17,566 nt of DNA from Gemmatimonadaceae bacterium (GCA_033763905.1 JANRJP010000113.1:1-17566); one strand, 5' to 3'; shown: positions 1 to 7,291, counted from the stretch's first letter. Program-made: numbers and translations. Notes: generated by a model not told the origin, from the letters alone.

Positions 1-27
1 CAAGCGGGTACCGACGGTGCGTCCGCA

Positions 28-92
28 CGGTGCGCACCGGGTGCGCATCCGGTGCGCATTGAATGCGCAAATCGATGGTTTTGCGCACCCGG
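28..92. repeat. Phased TGCGCA repeat array: 4 copies at 11-bp period plus a fifth; 11-bp inverted repeat 37-47/82-92
   Basis: TGCGCA at 31, 42, 53, 64 (exact 11-bp spacing; first three are GGTGCGCA) and at 82; CCGGGTGCGCA (37-47) is the exact reverse complement of TGCGCACCCGG (82-92). Confidence 0.85.
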
Positions 93-144
93 AAGCCGCT
101 GCGTTCAAGGCACATCGCCGTCGAGAAATGGCGGCGACTGGCCG

Positions 145-169
145 TAACTCGTTGGAGCGCAGTGATTTG
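145..169. promoter_or_regulatory. Pair of back-to-back IHF-like core motifs (CARnnnnTTR on each strand)
   Basis: TAActcgTTG (145-154; CAAcgagTTA on minus) and CAGtgatTTG (160-169). Only the 3' part of the WATCARnnnnTTR consensus is matched. Confidence 0.3.
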
Positions 170-229
170 GCACGTGAGTCCCCGCTACCGCGCCGGGCTT
201 CCGAACCGCGCACAACACCAACGCCATCA

Positions 230-271
230 GGTTTAGCAAACCGGTGCCTTCAGCCTCTCGGCCACCGCTCC
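230..271 (-). pseudogene. 5' fragment (42 nt) of tRNA-Ser(GCT)
   Basis: Minus strand reads GGAGCGGTGGCCGAGAGGCTGAAGGCACCGGT-TTGCTAA-ACC: 5' acceptor strand, Ser-type D arm, anticodon stem and loop with GCT. It continues TGATGGCGTTGG... with no variable arm, no paired T arm and no correctly placed CCGCTCC acceptor strand. Confidence 0.88.
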
Positions 272-288
272 TTACCTCTTAGCCCCGC

Positions 289-318
289 AACTTAGCGGTT
301 CGGGGGGCGCGGCGGGAA
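289..318 (-). promoter_or_regulatory. Possible sigma70-type promoter of the tRNA-Ser(GCT) locus
   Basis: Minus strand TTCCCG-N18-TAAGTT followed by GC-rich GCGGGG discriminator; the -10 ends 17 nt before the tRNA 5' end. Similar TAnnTT boxes precede the DUF2723 and BON genes. Confidence 0.4.
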
Positions 319-336
319 GGTCTGGGCAGGGGTGCA

Positions 337-455
337 CTGATGACTCACGACCAGCGACCCAAGACCCTCGGCTTGTGTTGTCCCCGTCCAAAGGAACCCA
401 ACAGTCGGTCGACGGTAGCGGGTCATCCGTTCGTGACCGATGACTGACTACCGAC
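337..455. repeat. Copy 1 of a 119-bp imperfect direct repeat
   Basis: Ungapped alignment to 636-754 with 13 mismatches (106/119); identical 27-nt core 363-389 / 662-688. Confidence 0.92.
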
Positions 456-635
456 CACGCCGTTCGGCGGCACACCGCCGGTTCGCCCAATCGCCGCCGG
501 CTCGACGAGCGGGGAGTCGCCTGTCCTCAGTCGTCAGTCACGAACCCACGACGGGCAACCGACGACCGACCACGCAGTCCCGGCTGAGCGACAACGCACG
601 CTGAGGGTCATCGGATCAGGCTGTTCAGTGCTCAG

Positions 636-754
636 CTGATGACTCACCACCAGCAACCCACGACCCTCGGCTTGTGTTGTCCCCGTCCCAAAGAACCCAG
701 CAGTCGGTCGACAGTAGCGGGTGATCAGTTCGTGACCGACGACAGACGACCAAC
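636..754. repeat. Copy 2 of a 119-bp imperfect direct repeat
   Basis: Offset 299 bp from copy 1 (337-455); 89% identical. Confidence 0.92.
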
Positions 755-813
755 GGCTGACCACCCGGTGTTCCGCGCCGCCGCGCGTCGCAACCGCGGT
801 CCCCACCGCCGGA

Positions 814-1929
814 CTACCACTCGAAGCACGGATCCGCCGTCGGCTGAGCCTGTGCCCAGCTCGACACGCGGCGCGCTGCGGCCGCCACGTCGACCGGCGC
901 CGTCCCGTCCGTCACGCTCGACTTGGCGAGGGCCGCGATGACACTCGACAACGACAATCGCTTCGGCTCACCCAGAAACGACTCCCCGCCGGCGCAGGTC
1001 CGTCGATTGCCTGCGGAGTTCACGCGGCCGTCGGGTCCCACGCGCGCGGTCAGCCATCGCGTGGCTCGGCTGAGCGTGGACGCCAGCGAGTCTCTGGCGG
1101 ACGTGGCGGGCAGCACCGTGAGCACGTCGAGGCCGATGTCGATCGCCACGGCCTGATAATTGGTATCCCAGCCGCCGCCTTCGTCGAACGCATCGTCCGC
1201 GCGAAGGCTAGCGATCGCTGCCGAGACGAACCAACGGCTCTCGTCGCGCAGCACCTGATCCCCGGCGAGCGCCCCGCAGGCTTCGAATGCCCTCGCGTCG
1301 AACAAGAGTCGATTCGGGGCGCGCGCATCCGCCGCCGCGAGTGCCGCGCTCGTGGTCCGGAGCCACCGCGCGGCCGACACGAGCTGTTCGCGAACGCGCC
1401 TACGTCGTGCGGCCTCGATCGCCGCGCCGGTGGTCACGGTCTGCTCCAACGCCAGCACGGCCGTACACGCGTCGCCAAGGAAGAACGCGGCGCCGCTCGC
1501 GACATCCGCTTCGCTTGGCGTCGCGCCCATCGAGACGCTCACAGGTACCGTCGCCGGCAGGCGCCCGGATGGCTCGATGGTCGCGAGCCCGGCCTCGATC
1601 CCGCGAAACGCCCTCGCGATGTCATCCGCGCGGCCGGCGGCGAGCACCCCGCGGAGTGCGCTCCCGGTGCCCATCTGGAATCGGGCGGCGTACATCGCGC
1701 CCCACGACCGATTTCGACCGATCAGTCCGGAGGCATCGGTGGGAAGGCCGGGCTGCGACAGCAGTTGGACTTCGGTCGGGAACGCCGCGTAGAGCGCCCG
1801 ATCCGCCTGCACCACGCGCAGTCCAGCCGCGGCATCGGGCGGCCCCACGTCGGTCGGGGCAGGTCCGGCGTCCGAGGCGCAGGCTGCCGCAACGGCAAGT
1901 CCAAGCAACGCAACGTGCAGGCGGCTCAT
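814..1929 (-). CDS. Hypothetical lipoprotein, predicted helical (possibly alpha/alpha-toroid), 371 aa
   Basis: ATG start, signal peptide with lipobox-like LAVAAAC, Pro-rich linker, then amphipathic helical segments with an F-D-E-GGG-W-D-x-x-Y-Q motif. Confidence 0.8.
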   Translation of the reverse strand: MSRLHVALLGLAVAAACASDAGPAPTDVGPPDAAAGLRVVQADRALYAAFPTEVQLLSQPGLPTDASGLIGRNRSWGAMYAARFQMGTGSALRGVLAAGRADDIARAFRGIEAGLATIEPSGRLPATVPVSVSMGATPSEADVASGAAFFLGDACTAVLALEQTVTTGAAIEAARRRRVREQLVSAARWLRTTSAALAAADARAPNRLLFDARAFEACGALAGDQVLRDESRWFVSAAIASLRADDAFDEGGGWDTNYQAVAIDIGLDVLTVLPATSARDSLASTLSRATRWLTARVGPDGRVNSAGNRRTCAGGESFLGEPKRLSLSSVIAALAKSSVTDGTAPVDVAAAARRVSSWAQAQPTADPCFEW

Positions 1930-2015
1930 CGTCGACGGTGTTGGGAGATGTGCATCAGCGCGCCGCGGGAACGGTCCGCGACGCGCTGATGGTCCTGCCT
2001 CCTTCCAGACGCCGA

Positions 2016-2900
2016 TCAGGCGCGCGGCGTCACTTCACCCGTATCCAGGTCGAGGTCGAACACTTCGCCGTTGACCGTCATCGTCGCCGTGCTCGTGCCG
2101 TTGAACTCGATCACCACGCGGCGGGTCTTGTTGACCGTGGTGCCGGCGCTATCGGTGGGGGTGCGGACGCGGGTCACCGAGACGTTGCGGATGATCGTGC
2201 CGGACACCGGATACCGATTCGTTGCCCGCGGCAGGCGGTAGCGGAGGTTCGTCGTCGTGTCCGACGAGATCATCTCGTGGGTCCGCGTGCCGGCCGCCGT
2301 GGTCATCGTGCTGCGGTGGTAGCCCGAGGCGACGCCGTTCCAGATGTGCAGCGTGTCCGGATGCCCGACCAGGTTGCTCAGCGTGGCCACGCGCGACCGG
2401 GCGCTGGAGTCGCTCTTGCTCGACCCGCCGCGGGTGCGGCTGTAGCTGCCGGTGTCGGCCACTTCGAACACGATGCGGGCCGTGGTCAGCGTGTCGTAGC
2501 CCGTCTGCGCCGTGCCGGCCGCGTCGAAGTACGAGATCGTGCGCTCGAAGTCGCGATCACCGAGCATCCCGCCGGGGCCGCCACGACGCTGCGAACGACC
2601 GCAGCGGAACTTGGGGAAGGCACCCGCGAGCAGGTTGCAGCCGGCCGGCTGGCGGCTGAATGCCGAGCCTTCGGCCTCGCTGCTGAGACCGTCCACCGAG
2701 AGGAAGGTCCCGGTGCCGGTGGCTTCGCTGGTCAGCCCGGGGTTGACCGAGAGGTCGTTGGCGACGGCCTGCCCGGACGACTGCGCCACGGCCAGGTTGA
2801 TCGCGCTGTCCTCGGCGGATGGCCCGCTGTTGTCGAGGTTGCAGGCGGCCAGCGTCGCAGCGCCGGCAACGGTCAGGAGTCGAAGAGAAGTGCGGATCAT
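2016..2900 (-). CDS. Hypothetical beta-rich lipoprotein, 294 aa
   Basis: Start reassigned to ATG at 2900 (MIRTSLRLLTVAGAATLAAC) with canonical LAAC lipobox; Thr/Ser/Arg-rich alternating beta-strand pattern; strong GC3 bias. Confidence 0.88.
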   Translation of the reverse strand: MIRTSLRLLTVAGAATLAACNLDNSGPSAEDSAINLAVAQSSGQAVANDLSVNPGLTSEATGTGTFLSVDGLSSEAEGSAFSRQPAGCNLLAGAFPKFRCGRSQRRGGPGGMLGDRDFERTISYFDAAGTAQTGYDTLTTARIVFEVADTGSYSRTRGGSSKSDSSARSRVATLSNLVGHPDTLHIWNGVASGYHRSTMTTAAGTRTHEMISSDTTTNLRYRLPRATNRYPVSGTIIRNVSVTRVRTPTDSAGTTVNKTRRVVIEFNGTSTATMTVNGEVFDLDLDTGEVTPRA

Positions 2901-3075
2901 CGGAGTCTCGCGGCTTGAGGTCACTGTCTGCGGGCGCGGTCGCGCCTGACGTGTTCGCCGTGGTGGACGCAGGAAAGCTGGCGGCGTTAAGGTCGGGGTT
3001 TGGCACGCCGGTGGCGGGGAGTGTCACATCCCGCGCGAAACCTTGCTGCTACCTCGCTGGTAAAACTCCATTGGT

Positions 3076-4248
3076 ATGCTACGTCACATCTCCGCCGCCC
3101 TTGCCGCGGTCCTGATGTCGGGATGTCTCGCCCCGACCACGTATGAAGACGGCATCGATCCCGCCGTGATCGACGCCGAGCAACTGTTGCAGCAGCAGCT
3201 CGTGGTGCAGTCGGTCTTTCGGGAGAATCAGCGGGTGCAGCGCTTGGCGTGGGACTTCCAGCGGGCGACCACGACGACGTGCCCGATGCCGGTCCGGATG
3301 GCCAGCGGTGTGCAGGTCGCCAATCGTCGCGTCATCGATCCCGCGTACCGCGCCGCGGCGACGGCCTTGGGAATGACCGATACCGTAGTGGTCACGCACG
3401 TCGTGGCGGGCTCGGCGGCCGCGCGCGCCGGCGTCCGCGATGGCGATCGGGTGCTGCAACTCGACACGCTCCGCGTGCCCGAGGGTCGCGCTGGCATCGA
3501 CAGTCTCTCGACGTGGATCAATCCATACGAGTCTGCCACGCCGTGGCGCTTTCTCGTGGTGCGCCGCGGTCCCGGACTGCGCGAGGTTGCCCCCGATGAC
3601 GAGCAGGCGCTGCCGATTCGCGTCGATACCGCGCCACCGCGCATCGACACCTTGCCGCTGCCGCCCTTCACACCGATCTGTCCGATCTCGGCAGTGGCGG
3701 TGCCGACGAGCGATCTCAACGCCTATACGGACGGCCGCGAGGTCTGGGTCACGACCGGGATGCTTCGTTTCGCCGACGACGACGAGCTGCGCGTGATTCT
3801 CGGCCACGAGTTCGGTCACGCCGTCGAGAAACACATCGACAAGCAGATGAAGAACGTCGCGACCGGTGCGGTGCTCGGTCTCCTGCTCGACATCTTCAGC
3901 AGGACGCAGGGTGCGGGAGATAGCACGTTCACCTTCACGTCGACCTTCGCGAACCTCGCGAGCAACCGGTTCTCGCAGGAGTTCGAGCACGAAGCCGACT
4001 ACGTCGGGATGTACTTGATGGCGCGGGCGGGCTTTCCCGTGAGCGGTGCGGCGAAGATCTGGCGCAAAGTCGCGCTCGAGAATCCCGAGAGCATCGAGTA
4101 CGCCACCACGCATCCGACGACGGCGGCGCGCTTTGCGCGGATCAAGCAAGCGGCGCAGGAGATCGAAGCGAAGCGCGCGGCGGGATTGCCGCTGGAGCCG
4201 AACCGGGCCGCGCGCGCCGACTCCAGCAACGCGAACGGGCCGCCCTGA
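3076..4248 (+). CDS. M48-family zinc metallopeptidase lipoprotein with PDZ domain
   Basis: Lipobox LMSGC; PDZ-like VVAGSAAARAGVRDGDRVLQLD; NAY, HEFGH (HExxH), EHEADYVG and THP motifs of the M48 family. Confidence 0.92.
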   Translation: MLRHISAALAAVLMSGCLAPTTYEDGIDPAVIDAEQLLQQQLVVQSVFRENQRVQRLAWDFQRATTTTCPMPVRMASGVQVANRRVIDPAYRAAATALGMTDTVVVTHVVAGSAAARAGVRDGDRVLQLDTLRVPEGRAGIDSLSTWINPYESATPWRFLVVRRGPGLREVAPDDEQALPIRVDTAPPRIDTLPLPPFTPICPISAVAVPTSDLNAYTDGREVWVTTGMLRFADDDELRVILGHEFGHAVEKHIDKQMKNVATGAVLGLLLDIFSRTQGAGDSTFTFTSTFANLASNRFSQEFEHEADYVGMYLMARAGFPVSGAAKIWRKVALENPESIEYATTHPTTAARFARIKQAAQEIEAKRAAGLPLEPNRAARADSSNANGPP

Positions 4249-4264
4249 GTGGGCGGCCCGTTCG
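4232..4264. terminator. Perfect 14-bp GC-rich hairpin between the convergent M48 gene and tRNA-Ser(TGA); possible bidirectional terminator
   Basis: CGAACGGGCCGCCC-TGAGT-GGGCGGCCCGTTCG; the M48 stop codon lies in the loop; no U tract. Confidence 0.55.
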
Positions 4265-4290
4265 GGGGTCGGTCGACGATCAGCGAAACA

Positions 4291-4377
4291 CGGAGGGCGT
4301 GGGATTCGAACCCACGGTACCGTTGCCGGCACGGCGGTTTTCAAGACCGCTGCATTCAACCACTCTGCCAGCCCTCC
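4291..4377 (-). tRNA. tRNA-Ser(TGA), 87 nt, CCA not encoded
   Basis: GGAGGGC...GCGGT-CTTGAAA-ACCGC, long variable arm, GTGGG-TTCGAAT-CCCAC, GCCCTCC-G discriminator; complete cloverleaf. Confidence 0.97.
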
Positions 4378-4392
4378 AACGACAGGACGCGG

Positions 4393-4992
4393 CTACTGCG
4401 GCAGGCGCAACAACGAATCCACAGCCGCCGAGTCCGCGGCAATCACGCGCCGCGCCCCACGCCACCAGCCGCGTCGATCGTCCTTGACGAGCGACGACTC
4501 GATCACCCCGCGCCGCGCCGAGCTGGCGTGGATGTAGCGCCCGTCGCCCACGTAAATGCCGACGTGCGAGATGCGCTTGGCCGTCCCGAAGGTGAGCAGG
4601 TCGCCCGGCTTGAGCACCGCCGTGTCCTTGGGCAGCGCCTGGCCCAGGCGCGCCTGCTCGCGTGAGGTGCGGGGCAGGGCCACGTCGAACGCGCTCATCA
4701 CCCAGCGGACGAAGCCGCTGCAGTCGAACGCCTTGCCCGGCGCCGCGGCACCCAGACGGTAGCGCGTGCCAATCTCCGAGCGCGCCCGCGCCACGACGGC
4801 GCGGCCGGGATCGGTTGCAACGGGCGACGCCGCGGTGCGCAGGCTGTCGCGCATCGCCAGCGCCGCCTCGGAGTACTTCGCGAACGGCTTCGGCAACTCG
4901 CGCGACGCGCCGAAGATCTGGGCGCGCAGCGGCGTCGCGGCGGCCAAGACGGCCGTCGCCACACCCACGCAGGCGCCCAAGAGGCGGCGCAC
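4393..4992 (-). CDS. NlpC/P60 (C40) cell-wall peptidase with signal peptide
   Basis: FDCSGFV, PGDLLTF, HVGIY and IHASS motifs; GTG start overlaps the upstream stop (TAGTG). Confidence 0.93.
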   Translation of the reverse strand: MRRLLGACVGVATAVLAAATPLRAQIFGASRELPKPFAKYSEAALAMRDSLRTAASPVATDPGRAVVARARSEIGTRYRLGAAAPGKAFDCSGFVRWVMSAFDVALPRTSREQARLGQALPKDTAVLKPGDLLTFGTAKRISHVGIYVGDGRYIHASSARRGVIESSLVKDDRRGWWRGARRVIAADSAAVDSLLRLPQ

Positions 4993-7274
4993 TACTGGCC
5001 GCCCCCCTTGCTCGGCACGGCCGTCTTCGCCGGCGAATCCTGCACCGGCAACGGCGGCGGCTCGTCGGCCACCTCACCGAGATTCATCGCGCGGGCGAGC
5101 TGGCGCGTCGTCTCGAGGACCTTGGCCCGCTCGACCGACGAGTCTCCGCGGTAGGCCATAATGTCGCTCAACACGAGGCCGGTGCTCACGTAGAGGTACG
5201 GGATGCCCACCGACGGGCGATCGACCCAGTTCCCCTTCTTGATCAGCGACGCCTGTCCGACGAACACGCTGTCCCACAGCGCCTTCGTGCGCGCCACGTC
5301 CACGTAGCCCTGGCCTTGCATCGCCACGGTGTCGCGGCCGGTCGTGGGCTTCGCAGTCAACAACTTGCGCGCCAACCCCTGCGTCAGCAGGTAGTCGCCC
5401 AGCCCCAGCTGCTCGCCGTAGGACGCGGAGGTGCGGCTGAAGTAGATCGGCCGCTCGGGGAAGGCGTCCTGGATGTAGCGGAGCACGAAGATGTCGGCCC
5501 GCTCCAGGTACCCCTTGCCCAACGTCTGCGGCGCGAGCACTGCCCGAATGCCACCCTTCTCGAAGACCTGCGCCTGGGTGAGCTCGAAGTAGAGCGGCAC
5601 CTTGTCGGCATCGGTCATCGACATATTCAGCGCCGGCTTCGACGGCTTCGGCCACGTCTTCCCGCGATACAGTGCGGGACCCTTCGCGGCGTCGTACTCG
5701 AAGGTCGGCCGGATGATCAGCTGCCGCGTGTACCAGTCGGTGTTGAGCAGCGACGTGTTCGCGATGATCACGTCCTTGCGAATGCCCTCGACTTCCTGCG
5801 CGTACCACAGCGGGAAGGTGTCGTTGTCGCCGACGGTCACGAGAATGCCGTACGGCTCGACCGAGTTGAGTAGGTCGTGCGCGAAGTCGCGCGTATCCGT
5901 GTGCCCCGCGCGGCTGGCGACCGTCCAGTTGCTCACCAGCGGAATGAAGGCCAGCGCCAGCACCGGGGTGCCGGCCATCCAGCCCTTCATCGACGGCAGT
6001 TCCACCGTCTTGCCGCCGAACGTGATCGACTCGCGGCCAATCGCGGCCGCAATCGTTTCCCACACGAACACCAGCCCGAGCGCGGCCCAGACCGACCACG
6101 CCGAGAAACTCCACAGGTAGAAGTAGTCGCGGTCGCGGACCTCGCGCGCGACGGTGTCGCCGAGCTCAGGTGCCTGCGACGCGCCGTACTTGAAGTTCAA
6201 GTAGAAGATCAGGAGCAGCGTCAGCGAGAACACCAGCGGCCCGAAGAACCAGAAGCTTCGTCGGTCTCGCGTCCAGTGCACCCAGCCGCCCAGCAATCCG
6301 AGTACGAAGAAGACCGCCGCGAGCGAGGCCTGCAGACCCGACGACGTGCCGCTGTAGTCGCGGATCCACTGCCACTTGAAGTACAGCCACCACATCCCGA
6401 GCTGCGCGGTGAAGGGCGCCTGCCGCTCGCTCAGTTCGGGCTTGCCGTACTGGCCGCGGTTGAAGTTGTACATAAAGGCGTCGTACGTGCCCTTCGAGAA
6501 GGTGCAATCGAACTTGAGCCCCTCTCGGCAGGCCGTCGGCTGTCCTTCGTTGAGCGGCGGATTGAACGCCGCGCGAATCGGCTGCGTCGCAAAGGGCGTG
6601 AGCCCCAGAATGAGCGCGGCAGTCCCCGCGAGAATCAACCGCCAGCGCAGGAACGTCTTCGGGCGACGCGCGGCCACCGCCACAAGCAGGGCCGGGCCGG
6701 TCAGGAAGCCGGCCATATGGTTCGCGTAGCCCAAGCCCATCAGGTACGCCGTCAGCACCAGCAAGCGGTCGGCCTTGGGGCCGTCCGGATCATCGCACCA
6801 GCGGACCACGAGCCAGCACGAAATCGCGAGCCCGACCAGCGAGATGCAGTAGACCTTTTCGTTGACGACCGACTGGTTCCACACCGTGAACGCCGTGGCG
6901 CCGATCAGGGCCGCCAACGCGCCGCCGGTGATGCGCATCCAGCGCTTGGGCAGCCAGCTCGTGAGCACCCGCTCGGTGATCAGGAACCACATCGCCGCCG
7001 AGGCCGAGCTCGCGAGCGCGTTGAGGACGTTGATCTTCCACGCCACGTTCTCGCTGATCGGCAGGACCGCGAAGAAGCGGCCGATGATCACGAAAAACGG
7101 GTTGCCGGGCGGGTGCGGCAGGCCGAACGTGTACGCCGCCGCGATGTACTCGGAGGCGTCCCACATCGCCGTGCTGGGCGACAGCGTAACGAGGTACAGC
7201 AGGAAGACGCCGAGCCCGACCGCGAGGGCGGCCGTGTAGCTCGGGCGTTCGTCGATTGCCAAGGCGTCGGACAT
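4992..7274 (-). CDS. DUF2723 / TMEM260-like GT-C polytopic membrane glycosyltransferase, 760 aa
   Basis: N-terminal WDASEYI...GLPHPPGNP motif, many TM helices, EVRDRDYF and GDNDTFPLWYAQEVEG motifs, soluble C-terminal domain; ATG at 7274 taken as start. Confidence 0.88.
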   Translation of the reverse strand: MSDALAIDERPSYTAALAVGLGVFLLYLVTLSPSTAMWDASEYIAAAYTFGLPHPPGNPFFVIIGRFFAVLPISENVAWKINVLNALASSASAAMWFLITERVLTSWLPKRWMRITGGALAALIGATAFTVWNQSVVNEKVYCISLVGLAISCWLVVRWCDDPDGPKADRLLVLTAYLMGLGYANHMAGFLTGPALLVAVAARRPKTFLRWRLILAGTAALILGLTPFATQPIRAAFNPPLNEGQPTACREGLKFDCTFSKGTYDAFMYNFNRGQYGKPELSERQAPFTAQLGMWWLYFKWQWIRDYSGTSSGLQASLAAVFFVLGLLGGWVHWTRDRRSFWFFGPLVFSLTLLLIFYLNFKYGASQAPELGDTVAREVRDRDYFYLWSFSAWSVWAALGLVFVWETIAAAIGRESITFGGKTVELPSMKGWMAGTPVLALAFIPLVSNWTVASRAGHTDTRDFAHDLLNSVEPYGILVTVGDNDTFPLWYAQEVEGIRKDVIIANTSLLNTDWYTRQLIIRPTFEYDAAKGPALYRGKTWPKPSKPALNMSMTDADKVPLYFELTQAQVFEKGGIRAVLAPQTLGKGYLERADIFVLRYIQDAFPERPIYFSRTSASYGEQLGLGDYLLTQGLARKLLTAKPTTGRDTVAMQGQGYVDVARTKALWDSVFVGQASLIKKGNWVDRPSVGIPYLYVSTGLVLSDIMAYRGDSSVERAKVLETTRQLARAMNLGEVADEPPPLPVQDSPAKTAVPSKGGGQ

Positions 7275-7291
7275 ATCCCTCAAAGATAGCG

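Larger units (their letters stand above)
1..239. mobile_element. Putative end (att junction and arm) of an integrative element inserted in the tRNA-Ser(GCT) anticodon arm; element extends beyond the window to the left
   Basis: tRNA similarity stops 3 nt after the anticodon loop; the non-tRNA side carries IHF-like motifs and tandem 11-bp repeats. No integrase is visible in the window. Confidence 0.4.

Noticed and set aside
167..186. Sigma-54 promoter (TTGGCACG)
   Set aside because: The -24 element is good, but the -12 position reads CC instead of GC (GC is 3 nt off) and no gene follows.
228..240. Group I intron in the tRNA anticodon loop
   Set aside because: The loop is intact and the break is in the 3' stem, not at a known intron position; no recognisable intron core and no 3' exon in the window.
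153..271. Complete atypical tRNA-Ser(GCT) using GGTTCGGAA and GCGCTCCA downstream
   Set aside because: GTTCG is not enclosed by a 5-bp T stem, and the 6-nt acceptor complement is too far away and not preceded by a T arm.
17..295. 92-aa plus-strand ORF
   Set aside because: It is built from the TGCGCA repeats, and its C-terminus (GLANRCLQPLGHRS) is just the antisense of the tRNA fragment; no protein-like features.
337..754. CRISPR array or DGR template/variable repeat pair
   Set aside because: Only two 119-bp units, no spacer periodicity, no cas genes. Mismatches are not confined to adenines of one copy, neither copy lies in a credible CDS, and no reverse transcriptase is in the window.
272..941. 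Short ORFs 272-490, 534-806 and 639-941
   Set aside because: They are translations of the repeat region with no RBS or coding signature.
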